Below are positions 10,501 to 25,700 of a stretch of 64,000 bases of DNA, one piece after another; the first letter of the stretch is position 1, and each line of letters starts with the position of its first letter. The position numbers and the translations under genes are program-made. The DNA lies in NCBI GenBank assembly GCA_964016885.1, contig OZ024740.1, positions 417,570,001 through 417,634,000 of the forward strand, given 5' to 3'. Source of the stretch: Eledone cirrhosa (lineage: Eukaryota). The notes under the pieces are model-generated. The model made no database searches and was not told where the DNA came from. It worked only from the letters and a program-made list of their open reading frames with translations.

Positions 10501-13500
10501 GTCTCAGGAAAGAGTCTCTGAATTGAGAGACCACAGCTCTGATATTACAAACATGGGGTTAGAATGTCTCAGGAAAGAGTCTCTGAATTGATAGACCACA
10601 GCTCTGATATTACAGACATGTGGTTAGAATGTCTCAGGAAAGCATCTCTGAATTGAGAGATAACAGCTCTGATATTACATATATGTGGTTAGAATGTCTC
10701 AGGAAAGAATCTCTGAATTGAGAGATCACAGCTCTGATATTACAGACACGTGGTTAGAATGTCTCAGGAAAGAACCTCTGAATTGAGAGACGACAGCTCT
10801 GATATTACAGACATGTGGGTAGAATGTCTCAGGAAAGAATCTCTGAATTGAGAGACCACAGCTCTGATATTACTAGACATGTGGTTAGAATGTCTCAATA
10901 AAGAATCTATCTCTGAATTGAGAGACCACAGCTCTGATACTACAGACATGTGGTTAGAATGTCTCAAGAAAGAGTCTCTGAATTGAGAGACCACAGCTCT
11001 GATATTACAGACATGTGGCTAGAATGTCTCAGGAAAGAGTCTCTGAATTGAGAGATCACAGCTCTGATGTTACAGACATGTGGTTACAATGTCTCAGGAA
11101 AGAATCTCTGAATTGAGAGACCACAGCTCTGATATTACAGACATGTGGCTAGAATGTCTCAGGAAAGAGTATTTGAATTGAGAGATCACAGCTCTGATAT
11201 TACAGACATGTGGGTAGAATGTCTCAGGAAAGAACCTCTGAATTGAGAGACCACAGATCTGATATTACAGACATGTGGCTAGAATGTCTCAGGAAAGAGT
11301 CTCTGGGTTGAGAGATCACAGCTCTGATATTACAGACACGTGGTTAGAATGCCTCAGGAAAGAATCTCCGAATTGAGAGACCACAGCTCTGATACTACAG
11401 ACATGTGGTTAGAATGTCTCAGGAAAGAATCTCTGAATTGAGAGACCACAGCTCTGATACTACAGACATGGGGTTAGAATGTCTCAGGAAAGAGTCTCTG
11501 AATTGAGAGATCACAGCTCTGATATTACAGACATGTGGTTAGAATGTCTCAGGAAATAGTCTCTGAATTGAGAGACCACAGCTCTGATATTACAGACATG
11601 TGGTTAGAATGTCTCAGGAAAGAGTCTCTGAATTGAGAGACCACAGATCTGATACTACAGACATGTGGTTAGAATGTCTCTGGAAAGAATCTCTGAATTG
11701 AGAGACCACAGCTTTGATATTACAGACATGTGGTTAGAATGTCTCAGGAAAGAACCTCTGAATTGAGAGACCACAGATCTGATATTATAGACATGTGGCT
11801 AGAATGTCTCAGGAAAGAGTCTCTGGATTGAGAGATCACAGCTCTGATATTACAGTCATGTGGTTAGAATGTCTCAGGAAAGAGTCTTTCAATTGAGAGA
11901 CCACAGCTCTGATATTACAGACATGTGGCTAGAATGTCTCAGGAAAGAGTCTTTGAATTGAGAGACCACAGCTCTGATATTACAGGCATGTGGCTAGAAT
12001 GTCTCAGGAAAGAATCTCTGAATTGAGAGACCACAGATCTGATACTACAGACATGTGGTTAGAATGTCTCTGGAAAGAATCTCTGAATTGAGAGACCACA
12101 GCTTTGATATTACAGACATGTGGTTAGAATGTCTCAGGAAAGAATCTCTGAATTGAGAGACCACAGCTCTGATACTACAGACATGTGGCTAGAATGTCTC
12201 AGGAAAGAGTCTCTGAATTGAGAGACCACAGCTCTGATATTACAGACATGCGGCTAGAATGTCTCAGGAAAGAGTCTCTAAATCGAGAGACCACAGCTCT
12301 GATATTACAGACATGTGGTTAGAATGTCTCAGGAAAGAATCTCCGAATTGAGACACCACAGCTCTAATATTACAGACATGTGGTTAGAATGTCTCAGGAA
12401 AGAGTCTCTGAATTGAGAGACCACAGCTCTGATATTACAGACATGTGGTTAGAATGTCTCAAGAAAAAGTCTCTCAATTGAGAGACCACAGCTCTGATAT
12501 TACAGACATGTGGCTAGAATGTCTCAGGAAAGAGTCTCTGAATTGAGAGACCACAGCTCTGATATTAAAGACATGTGGCTAGAATGTCTCAGGAAAGAGT
12601 CTTTGAATTGAGAGACCACAGCTCTGATACTACAGGCATGTGGTTAGAATGTCTCAGGAAAGAATCTCTGAATTGAGAGATCGCAGCTCTGATACTACAG
12701 ACATGTGGTTAGAATGTCTCAGGAAAGAACCTCTGAATTGAGAGACCTCAGCTCTGATATTACAAACATGTGGTTAGAATGTCTCAGGAAAGAGTCTCTG
12801 AATTGAGAGACCACAGCTCTGATATTACAAACATGTGGTTAGAATGTCTCAGGAAAGAGTCTCTGAATTGAGAGACCACAGCTCTGATATTACAGACTTG
12901 TGGTTAGAATGTCTCTGGAAAGAATCTCTGAATTGAGAGATCACAGCTCTGATATTACAGGCATGTGGCTAGAATGTCTCAGGAAAGAATCTCTGAATTG
13001 AGAGACCACAGCTCTGATACTACAGGCATGTGGTTAGAATGTCTCAGGAAAGAATCTCTGAATTGAGAGATCACAGCTCTGATATTACAGACACGTGGTT
13101 AGAATGTCTCAGGAAAGAACCTCTGAATTGAGAGACGACAGCTCTGATATTACAGACATGTGGGTGGAATGTCTCAGGAAAGAATCTCTGAATTGAGAGA
13201 CCACAGCTCTGATATTACTAGACATGTGGTTAGAATGTCTCAATAAAGAATCTATCTCTGAATTGAGAGACCACAGCTCTGATACTACAGACATGTGGTT
13301 AGAATGTCTCAAGAAAGAGTCTCTGAATTGAGAGACCACAGCTCTGATATTACAGACATGTGGCTAGAATGTCTCAGGAAAGAGTCTCTGAATTGAGAGA
13401 TCACAGCTCTGATGTTACAGACATGTTGTTACAATGTCTCAGGAAAGAATCTCTGAATTGAGAGACCACAGCTCTGATATTACAGACATGTGGCTAGAAT

Positions 13501-16500
13501 GTCTCAGGAAAGAGTATTTGAATTGAGAGATCACAGCTCTGATATTACAGACATGTGGGTAGAATGTCTCAGGAAAGAACCTCTGAATTGAGAGACCACA
13601 GATCATATATTACAGACATGTGGCTAGAATGTCTCAGGAAAGAGTCTCTGGATTGAGAGATCACAGCTCTGATATTACAGACACGTGATTAGAATGCCTC
13701 AGGAAAGAATCTCCGAATTGAGAGACCACAGCTCTGATACTACAGACATGTGGTTAGAATGTCTCAGGAAAGAATCTCTGAATTGAGAGACCACAGCTCT
13801 GATACTACAGACATGGGGTTAGAATGTCTCAGGAAATAGTCTCTGAATTGAGAGACCACAGCTCTGATATTACAGACATGTGGTTAGAATGTCTCAGGAA
13901 AGAGTCTCTGAATTGAGAGATCACAGCTCTGATATTACAGACATGTGGTTAGAATGTCTCAGGAAAGAGTCTCTGAATTGAGAGACCACAGCTCTGATAC
14001 TACAGACATGTGGTTAGAATGTCTCAGGAAAGAATCTCTGAATTGAGAGACCACAGCTCTGATACTACAGACATGGGGTCAGAATGTCTAAGGAAAGAGT
14101 CTCTGAATTGAGAGATCACAGCTCTGATATTACAGACATGTGGTTAGAATGTCTCAGGAAATAGTCTCTGAATTGAGAGACCACAGCTCTGATATTACAG
14201 ACATGTGGTTAGAATGTCTCAGGAAAGAATCTCTGAATTGAGAGATCACAGCTCTGATATTACAGACATGTGGTTAGAATGTCTCAGGAAAGAATCTCTG
14301 AATCGTGAGATCACAGCTCTGATATTAAAGACATGTGGTTAGAATGTCTCTGGAAAGAGTCTCTGAATTGAGAGATCACAGCTCTGATATTACAGAAATG
14401 TGGTTAGAATGTCTCAGGAAAGAGTCTCTGATTGAGAGATCACAGCTCTGATATTACTAGACATGTGGTTAGAATGTCTTAGGAAAAAGTCTCTCAATTG
14501 AGAGACCACAGCTCTGATATTACAGACATGTGGCTAGAATGTCTCAGGAATGAGTCTCTGAATTGAGAGACCACAGATCTGATACTACAGACATGTGGTT
14601 AGAATGTCTCAGGAAAGAGTCTCTGAATTGAGAGACAACGGCTCTGATATAACAGACATGTGGTTAGAATGTCTCAGGAAAGAACCTCTGAATTGAGAGA
14701 CCTCAGCTCTGATATTACAGACATGTGGTTAAAATGTCTCAGGAAAGAATCTCCGAATTGAGAGACCACAGCTCTGATACTACAGACATGGGGTTAGAAT
14801 GTCTCAAGAAAGAGTCTCTCAATTGAGAGACCACAGCTCTGATATTACAGACATGGGGATAGAATGTCTCAGGAAAGAGTCTCTGAATTGAGAGACCACA
14901 GCTCTGATATTACAGACATGTGGTTAGAATGTCTCAGGAAAGAGTCTCTGAATTGAGAGACCACAGCTCTGATATTACAAACATGGGGTTAGAATGTCTC
15001 AGGAAAGAGTCTCTGAATTGATAGACCACAGCTCTGATATTACAGACATGTGGTTAGAATGTCTCAGGAAAGAATCTGTGAATTGAGAGATAACAGCTCT
15101 GATATTACAGAGATGTGGTTAGAATGTCTCAGGAAAGAATCTCTGAATTGAGAGATCACAGCTCTGATATTACAGACACGGGGTTAGAATGTCTCAGGAA
15201 AGAACCTCTGAATTGAGAGACGACAGCTCTGATATTACAGACATGTGGGTAGAATGTCTCAATAAAGAATCTATCTCTGAATTGAGAGACCACAGCTCTG
15301 ATACTACAGACATGTGGTTAGAATGTCTCAAGAAAGAGTCTCTGAATTGAGAGACCACAGCTCTGATATTACAGACATGTGGCTAGAATGTCTCAGGAAA
15401 GAGTCTCTGAATTGAGAGATCACAGCTCTGATGTTACAGACATGTGGTTACAATGTCTCAGGAAAGAATCTCTGAATTGAGAGACCACAGCTCTGATATT
15501 ACAGACATGTGGCTAGAATGTCTCAGGAAAGAGTATTTGAATTGAGAGATCACAGCTCTGATATTACAGACATGTGGGTAGAATGTCTCAGGAAAGAACC
15601 TCTGAATTGAGAGACCACAGATCTGATATTACAGACATGTGGCTAGAATGTCTCAGGAAAGAGTCTCTGGATTGAGAGATCACAGCTCTGATATTACAGA
15701 CACGTGGTTAGAATGCCTCAGGAAAGAATCTCCGAATTGAGAGACCACAGCTCTGATACTACAGACATGTGGTTAGAATGTCTCAGGAAAGAATCTCTGA
15801 ATCGTGAGATCACAGCTCTGATATTAAAGACATGTGGTTAGAATGTCTCTGGAAAGAGTCTCTGAATTGAGAGATCACAGCTCTGATATTAGAGAAATGT
15901 GGTTAGAATGTCTCAGGAAAGAGTCTCTGATTGAGAGATCACAGCTCTGATATTACTAGACATGTGGTTAGAATGTCTTAGGAAAAAGTCTCTCAATTGA
16001 GAGACCACAGCTCTGATATTACAGACATGTGGCTAGAATGTCTCAGGAATGAGTCTCTGAATTGAGAGACCACAGATCTGATACTACAGACATGTGGTTA
16101 GAATGTCTCAGGAAAGAGTCTCTGAATTGAGAGACAACGGCTCTGATATAACAGACATGTGGTTAGAATGTCTCAGGAAAGAACCTCTGAATTGAGAGAC
16201 CTCAGCTCTGATATTACAGACATGTGGTTAAAATGTCTCAGGAAAGAATCTCCGAATTGAGAGACCACAGCTCTGATACTACAGACATGGGGTTAGAATG
16301 TCTCAAGAAAGAGTCTCTCAATTGAGAGACCACAGCTCTGATATTACAGACATGGGGGTAGAATGTCTCAGGAAAGAGTCTCTGAATTGAGAGACCACAG
16401 CTCTGATATTACAGACATGTGGTTAGAATGTCTCAGGAAAGAGTCTCTGAATTGAGAGACCACAGCTCTGATATTACAAACATGGGGTTAGAATGTCTCA

Positions 16501-19500
16501 GGAAAGAGTCTCTGAATTGATAGACCACAGCTCTGATATTACAGACATGTGGTTAGAATGTCTCAGGAAAGAATCTCTGAATTGAGAGATAACAGCTCTG
16601 ATATTACATATATGTGGTTAGAATGTCTCAGGAAAGAATCTCTGAATTGAGAGATCACAGCTCTGATATTACAGACACGTGGTTAGAATGTCTCAGGAAA
16701 GAACCTCTGAATTGAGAGACGACAGCTCTGATATTACAGACATGTGGGTAGAATGTCTCAGGAAAGAATCTCTGAATTGATAGACCACAGCTCTGATATT
16801 ACTAGACATGTGGTTAGAATGTCTCAATAAAGAATCTATCTCTGAATTGAGAGACCACAGCTCTGATACTACAGACATGTGGTTAGAATGTCTCAAGAAA
16901 GAGTCTCTGAATTGAGAGACCACAGCTCTGATATTACAGACATGTGGCTAGAATGTCTCAGGAAAGAGTCTCTGAATTGAGAGATCACAGCTCTGATGTT
17001 ACAGACATGTGGTTACAATGTCTCAGGAAAGAATCTCTGAATTGAGAGACCACAGCTCTGATATTACAGACATGTGGCTAGAATGTCTCAGGAAAGAGTA
17101 TTTGAATTGAGAGATCACAGCTCTGATATTACAGACATGTGGGTAGAATGTCTCAGGAAAGAACCTCTGAATTGAGAGACCACAGATCTGATATTACAGA
17201 CATGTGGCTAGAATGTCTCAGGAAAGAGTCTCTGGATTGAGAGATCACAGCTCTGATATTACAGACACGTGGTTAGAATGCCTCAGGAAAGAATCTCCGA
17301 ATTGAGAGACCACAGCTCTGATACTACAGACATGTGGTTAGAATGTCTCAGGAAAGAATCTCTGAATTGAGAGACCACAGCTCTGATACTACAGACATGG
17401 GGTTAGAATGTCTCAGGAAAGAGTCTCTGAATTGAGAGATCACAGCTCTGATATTACAGACATGTGGTTAGAATGTCTCAGGAAATAGTCTCTGAATTGA
17501 GAGACCACAGCTCTGATATTACAGACATGTGGTTAGAATGTCTCAGGAAAGAGTCTCTGAATTGAGAGACCACAGATCTGATACTACAGACATGTGGTTA
17601 GAATGTCTCTGGAAAGAATCTCTGAATTGAGAGACCACAGCTTTGATATTACAGACATGTGGTTAGAATGTCTCAGGAAAGAACCTCTGAATTGAGAGAC
17701 CACAGATCTGATATTATAGACATGTGGCTAGAATGTCTCAGGAAAGAGTCTCTGGATTGAGAGATCACAGCTCTGATATTACAGTCATGTGGTTAGAATG
17801 TCTCAGGAAAGAGTCTCTCAATTGAGAGACCACAGCTCTGATATTACAGACATGTGGCTAGAATGTCTCAGGAAAGAGTCTTTGAATTGAGAGACCACAG
17901 CTCTGATATTACAGGCATGTGGCTAGAATGTCTCAGGAAAGAATCTCTGAATTGAGAGACCACAGATCTGATACTACAGACATGTGGTTAGAATGTCTCT
18001 GGAAAGAATCTCTGAATTGAGAGACCACAGCTTTGATATTACAGACATGTGGCTAGAATGTCTCAGGAAAGAGTCTCTGAATTGAGAGACCACAGCTCTG
18101 ATATTACAGACATGCGGCTAGAATGTCTCAGGAAAGAGTCTCTAAATCGAGAGACCACAGCTCTGATATTACAGACATGTGGTTAGAATGTCTCAGGAAA
18201 GAATCTCCGAATTGAGACACCACAGCTCTAATATTACAGACATGTGGTTAGAATGTCTCAGGAAAGAGTCTCTGAATTGAGAGACCACAGCTCTGATATT
18301 ACAGACATGTGGTTAGAATGTCTCAAGAAAAAGTCTCTCAATTGAGAGACCACAGCTCTGATATTACAGACATGTGGCTAGAATGTCTCAGGAAAGAGTC
18401 TCTGAATTGAGAGACCACAGCTCTGATATTAAAGACATGTGGCTAGAATGTCTCAGGAAAGAGTCTTTGAATTGAGAGAGCACAGCTCTGATACTACAGG
18501 CATGTGGTTAGAATGTCTCAGGAAAGAATCTCTGAATTGAGAGATCGCAGCTCTGATACTACAGACATGTGGTTACAATGTCTTAGGAAAGAACCTCTGA
18601 ATTGAGAGACCTCAGCTCTGATATTACAAACATGTGGTTAGAATGTCTCAGGAAAGAGTCTCTGAATTGAGAGACCACAGCTCTGATATTACAAACATGT
18701 GGTTAGAATGTCTCAGGAAAGAGTCTCTGAATTGAGAGTCCACAGCTCTGATATTACAGACTTGTGGTTAGAATGTCTCTGGAAAGAATCTCTGAATTGA
18801 GAGATCACAGCTCTGATATTACAGGCATGTGGCTAGAATGTCTCAGGAAAGAATCTCTGAATTGAGAGACCACAGCTCTGATACTACAGGCATGTGGTTA
18901 GAATGTCTCAGGAAAGAATCTCTGAATTGAGAGATCACAGCTCTGATATTACAGACACGTGGTTAGAATGTCTCAGGAAAGAACCTCTGAATTGAGAGAC
19001 GACAGCTCTGATATTACAGACATGTGGGTGGAATGTCTCAGGAAAGAATCTCTGAATTGAGAGACCACAGCTCTGATATTACTAGACATGTGGTTAGAAT
19101 GTCTCAATAAAGAATCTATCTCTGAATTGAGAGACCACAGCTCTGATACTACAGACATGTGGTTAGAATGTCTCAAGAAAGAGTCTCTGAATTGAGAGAC
19201 CACAGCTCTGATATTACAGACATGTGGCTAGAATGTCTCAGGAAAGAGTCTCTGAATTGAGAGATCACAGCTCTGATGTTACAGACATGTTGTTACAATG
19301 TCTCAGGAAAGAATCTCTGAATTGAGAGACCACAGCTCTGATATTACAGACATGTGGCTAGAATGTCTCAGGAAAGAGTATTTGAATTGAGAGATCACAG
19401 CTCTGATATTACAGACATGTGGGTAGAATGTCTCAGGAAAGAACCTCTGAATTGAGAGACCACAGATCATATATTACAGACATGTGGCTAGAATGTCTCA

Positions 19501-22500
19501 GGAAAGAGTCTCTGGATTGAGAGATCACAGCTCTGATATTACAGACACGTGATTAGAATGCCTCAGGAAAGAATCTCCGAATTGAGAGACCACAGCTCTG
19601 ATACTACAGACATGTGGTTAGAATGTCTCAGGAAAGAATCTCTGAATTGAGAGACCACAGCTCTGATACTACAGACATGGGGTTAGAATGTCTCAGGAAA
19701 TAGTCTCTGAATTGAGAGACCACAGCTCTGATATTACAGACATGTGGTTAGAATGTCTCAGGAAAGAGTCTCTGAATTGAGAGATCACAGCTCTGATATT
19801 ACAGACATGTGGTTAGAATGTCTCAGGAAAGAGTCTCTGAATTGAGAGACCACAGCTCTGATACTACAGACATGTGGTTAGAATTTCTCAGGAAAGAATC
19901 TCTGAATTGAGAGACCACAGCTCTGATACTACAGACATGGGGTTAGAATGTCTAAGGAAAGAGTCTCTGAATTGAGAGATCACAGCTCTGATATTACAGA
20001 CCTGTGGTTAGAATGTCTCAGGAAATAGTCTCTGAATTGAGAGACCACAGCTCTGATATTACAGACATGTGGTTAGAATGTCTCAGGAAAGAATCTCTGA
20101 ATTGAGAGATCACAGCTCTGATATTACAGACATGTGGTTAGAATGTCTCAGGAAAGAATCTCTGAATCGTGAGATCACAGCTCTGATATTAAAGACATGT
20201 GGTTAGAATGTCTCTGGAAAGAGTCTCTGAATTGAGAGATCACAGCTCTGATATTACAGAAATGTGGTTAGAATGTCTCAGGAAAGAGTCTCTGAATTGA
20301 GAGACCACAGCTCTGATATTACAGACATGTGGTTAGAATGTCTCAAGAAAAAGTCTCTCAATTGAGAGACCACAGCTCTGATATTACAGACATGTGGCTA
20401 GAATGTCTCAGGAATGAGTCTCTGAATTGAGAGACCACAGATCTGATACTACAGACATGTGGTTAGAATGTCTCAGGAAAGAGTCTCTGAATTGAGAGAC
20501 AACGGCTCTGATATAACAGACATGTGGTTAGAATGTCTCAGGAAAGAACCTCTGAATTGAGAGACCTCAGCTCTGATATTACAGACATGTGGTTAAAATG
20601 TCTCAGGAAAGAATCTCCGAATTGAGAGACCACAGCTCTGATACTACAGACATGGGGTTAGAATGTCTCAAGAAAGAGTCTCTCAATTGAGAGACCACAG
20701 CTCTGATATTACAGACATGGGGATAGAATGTCTCAGGAAAGAGTCTCTGAATTGAGAGACCACAGCTCTGATATTACAGACATGTGGTTAGAATGTCTCA
20801 GGAAAGAGTCTCTGAATTGAGAGACCACAGCTCTGATATTACAAACATGGGGTTAGAATGTCTCAGGAAAGAGTCTCTGAATTGATAGACCACAGCTCTG
20901 ATATTACAGACATGTGGTTAGAATGTCTCAGGAAAGAATCTCTGAATTGAGAGATAACAGCTCTGATATTACATATATGTGGTTAGAATGTCTCAGGAAA
21001 GAATCTCTGAATTGAGAGATCACAGCTCTGATATTACAGACACGTGGTTAGAATGTCTCAGGAAAGAACCTCTGAATTGAGAGACGACAGCTCTGATATT
21101 ACAGACATGTGGGTAGAATGTCTCAGGAAAGAATCTCTGAATTGAGAGACCACAGCTCTGATATTACTAGACATGTGGTTAGAATGTGTCAATAAAGAAT
21201 CTATCTCTGAATTGAGAGACCACAGCTCTGATACTACAGACATGTGGTTAGAATGTCTCAAGAAAGAGTCTCTGAATTGAGAGACCACAGCTCTGATATT
21301 ACAGACATGTGGCTAGAATGTCTCAGGAAAGAGTCTCTGAATTGAGAGATCACAGCTCTGATGTTACAGACATGTGGTTACAATGTCTCAGGAAAGAATC
21401 TCTGAATTGAGAGACCACAGCTCTGATATTACAGACATGTGGCTAGAATGTCTCAGGAAAGAGTATTTGAATTGAGAGATCACAGCTCTGATATTACAGA
21501 CATGTGGGTAGAATGTCTCAGGAAAGAACCTCTGAATTGAGAGACCACAGATCTGATATTACAGACATGTGGCTAGAATGTCTCAGGAAAGAGTCTCTGG
21601 ATTGAGAGATCACAGCTCTGATATTACAGACACGTGGTTAGAATGCCTCAGGAAAGAATCTCCGAATTGAGAGACCACAGCTCTGATACTACAGACATGT
21701 GGTTAGAATGTCTCAGGAAAGAATCTCTGAATTGAGAGACCACAGCTCTGATACTACAGACATGGGGTTAGAATGTCTCAGGAAAGAGTCTCTGAATTGA
21801 GAGATCACAGCTCTGATATTACAGACATGTGGTTAGAATGTCTCAGGAAATAGTCTCTGAATTGAGAGACCACAGCTCTGATATTACAGACATGTGGTTA
21901 GAATGTCTCAGGAAAGAGTCTCTGAATTGAGAGACCACAGATCTGATACTACAGACATGTGGTTAGAATGTCTCTGGAAAGAATCTCTGAATTGAGAGAC
22001 TACAGCTTTGATATTACAGACATGTGGTTAGAATGTCTCAGGAAAGAACCTCTGAATTGAGAGACCACAGATCTGATATTATAGACATGTGGCTAGAATG
22101 TCTCAGGAAAGAGTCTCTGGATTGAGAGATCACAGCTCTGATATTACAGTCATATGGTTAGAATGTCTCAGGAAAGAGTCTCTCAATTGAGAGACCACAG
22201 CTCTGATATTACAGACATGTGGCTAGAATGTCTCAGGAAAGAGTCTTTGAATTGAGAGACCACAGCTCTGATATTACAGGCATGTGGCTAGAATGTCTCA
22301 GGAAAGAATCTCTGAATTGAGAGACCACAGATCTGATACTACAGACATGTGGTTAGAATGTCTCTGGAAAGAATCTCTGAATTGAGAGACCACAGCTTTG
22401 ATATTACAGACATGTGGTTAGAATGTCTCAGGAAAGAATCTCTGAATTGAGAGACCACAGCTCTGATACTACAGACATGTGGCTAGAATGTCTCAGGAAA

Positions 22501-25500
22501 GAGTCTCTGAATTGAGAGACCACAGCTCTGATATTACAGACATGCGGCTAGAATGTCTCAGGAAAGAGTCTCTAAATCGAGAGACCACAGCTCTGATATT
22601 ACAGACATGTGGTTAGAATGTCTCAGGAAAGAATCTCCGAATTGAGACACCACAGCTCTAATATTACAGACATGTGGTTAGAATGTCTCAGGAAAGAGTC
22701 TCTGAATTGAGAGACCACAGCTCTGATATTACAGACATGTGGTTAGAATGTCTCAAGAAAAAGTCTCTCAATTGAGAGACCACAGCTCTGATATTACAGA
22801 CATGTGGCTAGAATGTCTCAGGAAAGAGTCTCTGAATTGAGAGACCACAGCTCTGATATTAAAGACATGTGGCTAGAATGTCTCAGGAAAGAGTCTTTGA
22901 ATTGAGAGACCACAGCTCTGATACTACAGGCATGTGGTTAGAATGTCTCAGGAAAGAATCTCTGAATTGAGAGATCGCAGCTCTGATACTACAGACATGT
23001 GGTTAGAATGTCTTAGGAAAGAACCTCTGAATTGAGAGACCTCAGCTCTGATATTACAAACATGTGGTTAGAATGTCTCAGGAAAGAGTCTCTGAATTGA
23101 GATACCACAGCTCTGATATTACAAACATGTGGTTAGAATGTCTCAGGAAAGAGTCTCTGAATTGAGAGACCACAGCTCTGATATTACAGACTTGTGGTTA
23201 GAATGTCTCTGGAAAGAATCTCTGAATTGAGAGATCACAGCTCTGATATTACAGGCATGTGGCTAGAATGTCTCAGGAAAGAATCTCTGAATTGAGAGAC
23301 CACAGCTCTGATACTACAGGCATGTGGTTAGAATGTCTCAGGAAAGAATCTCTGAATTGAGAGATCACAGCTCTGATATTACAGACACGTGGTTAGAATG
23401 TCTCAGGAAAGAACCTCTGAATTGAGAGACGACAGCTCTGATATTACAGACATGTGGGTGGAATGTCTCAGGAAAGAATCTCTGAATTGAGAGACCACAG
23501 CTCTGATATTACTAGACATGTGGTTAGAATGTCTCAATAAAGAATCTATCTCTGAATTGAGAGACCACAGCTCTGATACTACAGACATGTGGTTAGAATG
23601 TCTCAAGAAAGAGTCTCTGAATTGAGAGACCACAGCTCTGATATTACAGACATGTGGCTAGAATGTCTCAGGAAAGAGTCTCTGAATTGAGAGATCACAG
23701 CTCTGATGTTACAGACATGTTGTTACAATGTCTCAGGAAAGAATCTCTGAATTGAGAGACCACAGCTCTGATATTACAGACATGTGGCTAGAATGTCTCA
23801 GGAAAGAGTATTTGAATTGAGAGATCACAGCTCTGATATTACAGACATGTGGGTAGAATGTCTCAGGAAAGAACCTCTGAATTGAGAGACCACAGATCAT
23901 ATATTACAGACATGTGGCTAGAATGTCTCAGGAAAGAGTCTCTGGATTGAGAGATCACAGCTCTGATATTACAGACACGTGATTAGAATGCCTCAGGAAA
24001 GAATCTCCGAATTGAGAGACCACAGCTCTGATACTACAGACATGTGGTTAGAATGTCTCAGGAAAGAATCTCTGAATTGAGAGACCACAGCTCTGATACT
24101 ACAGACATGGGGTTAGAATGTCTCAGGAAATAGTCTCTGAATTGAGAGACCACAGCTCTGATATTACAGACATGTGGTTAGAATGTCTCAGGAAAGAGTC
24201 TCTGAATTGAGAGATCACAGCTCTGATATTACAGACATGTGGTTAGAATGTCTCAGGAAAGAGTCTCTGAATTGAGAGACCACAGCTCTGATACTACAGA
24301 CATGTGGTTAGAATGTCTCAGGAAAGAATCTCTGAATTGAGAGACCACAGCTCTGATACTACAGACATGGGGTTAGAATGTCTAAGGAAAGAGTCTCTGA
24401 ATTGAGAGATCACAGCTCTGATATTACAGACATGTGGTTAGAATGTCTCAGGAAATAGTCTCTGAATTGAGAGACCACAGCTCTGATATTACAGACATGT
24501 GGTTAGAATGTCTCAGGAAAGAATCTCTGAATTGAGAGATCACAGCTCTGATATTACAGACATGTGGTTAGAATGTCTCAGGAAAGAATCTCTGAATCGT
24601 GAGATCACAGCTCTGATATTAAAGACATGTGGTTAGAATGTCTCTGGAAAGAGTCTCTGAATTGAGAGATCACAGCTCTGATATTACAGAAATGTGGTTA
24701 GAATGTCTCAGGAAAGAGTCTCTGATTGAGAGATCACAGCTCTGATATTACTAGACATGTGGTTAGAATGTCTTAGGAAAAAGTCTCTCAATTGAGAGAC
24801 CACAGCTCTGATATTACAGACATGTGGCTAGAATGTCTCAGGAATGAGTCTCTGAATTGAGAGACCACAGATCTGATACTACAGACATGTGGTTAGAATG
24901 TCTCAGGAAAGAGTCTCTGAATTGAGAGACAACGGCTCTGATATAACAGACATGTGGTTAGAATGTCTCAGGAAAGAACCTCTGAATTGAGAGACCTCAG
25001 CTCTGATATTACAGACATGTGGTTAAAATGTCTCAGGAAAGAATCTCCGAATTGAGAGACCACAGCTCTGATACTACAGACATGGGGTTAGAATGTCTCA
25101 AGAAAGAGTCTCTCAATTGAGAGACCACAGCTCTGATATTACAGACATGGGGATAGAATGTCTCAGGAAAGAGTCTCTGAATTGAGAGACCACAGCTCTG
25201 ATATTACAGACATGTGGTTAGAATGTCTCAGGAAAGAGTCTCTGAATTGAGAGACCACAGCTCTGATATTACAAACATGGGGTTAGAATGTCTCAGGAAA
25301 GAGTCTCTGAATTGATAGACCACAGCTCTGATATTACAGACATGTGGTTAGAATGTCTCAGGAAAGAATCTCTGAATTGAGAGATAACAGCTCTGATATT
25401 ACAGACATGTGGTTAGAATGTCTCAGGAAAGAATCTCTGAATTGAGAGATCACAGCTCTGATATTACAGACACGTGGTTAGAATGTCTCAGGAAAGAACC

Positions 25501-25700
25501 TCTGAATTGAGAGACGACAGCTCTGATATTACAGACATGTGGGTAGAATGTCTCAGGAAAGAATCTCTGAATTGAGAGACCACAGCTCTGATATTACTAG
25601 ACATGTGGTTAGAATGTCTCAATAAAGAATCTATCTCTGAATTGAGAGACCACAGCTCTGATACTACAGACATGTGGTTAGAATGTCTCAAGAAAGAGTC
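4560..25700 (+). repeat. HOR domain A1: alternating 32-mer (2085 bp) and 36-mer (2345 bp) blocks forming a 68-mer (4430 bp) HOR, with 35/44/55-mer structural variants
   Basis: The indel cassette lies at 5814, 7899, 10764, 13109, 16693, 18973, 21058, 23403 and 25488. Spacings are 2085, 2865, 2345, 3584, 2280, 2085, 2345 and 2085, each n x 65 + 5 (or +9). Both 18973->23403 and 21058->25488 equal 4430. Markers CATGCGGCT, CTAAATCGAG and GAGACACC occur together only in this domain. Confidence 0.85.
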
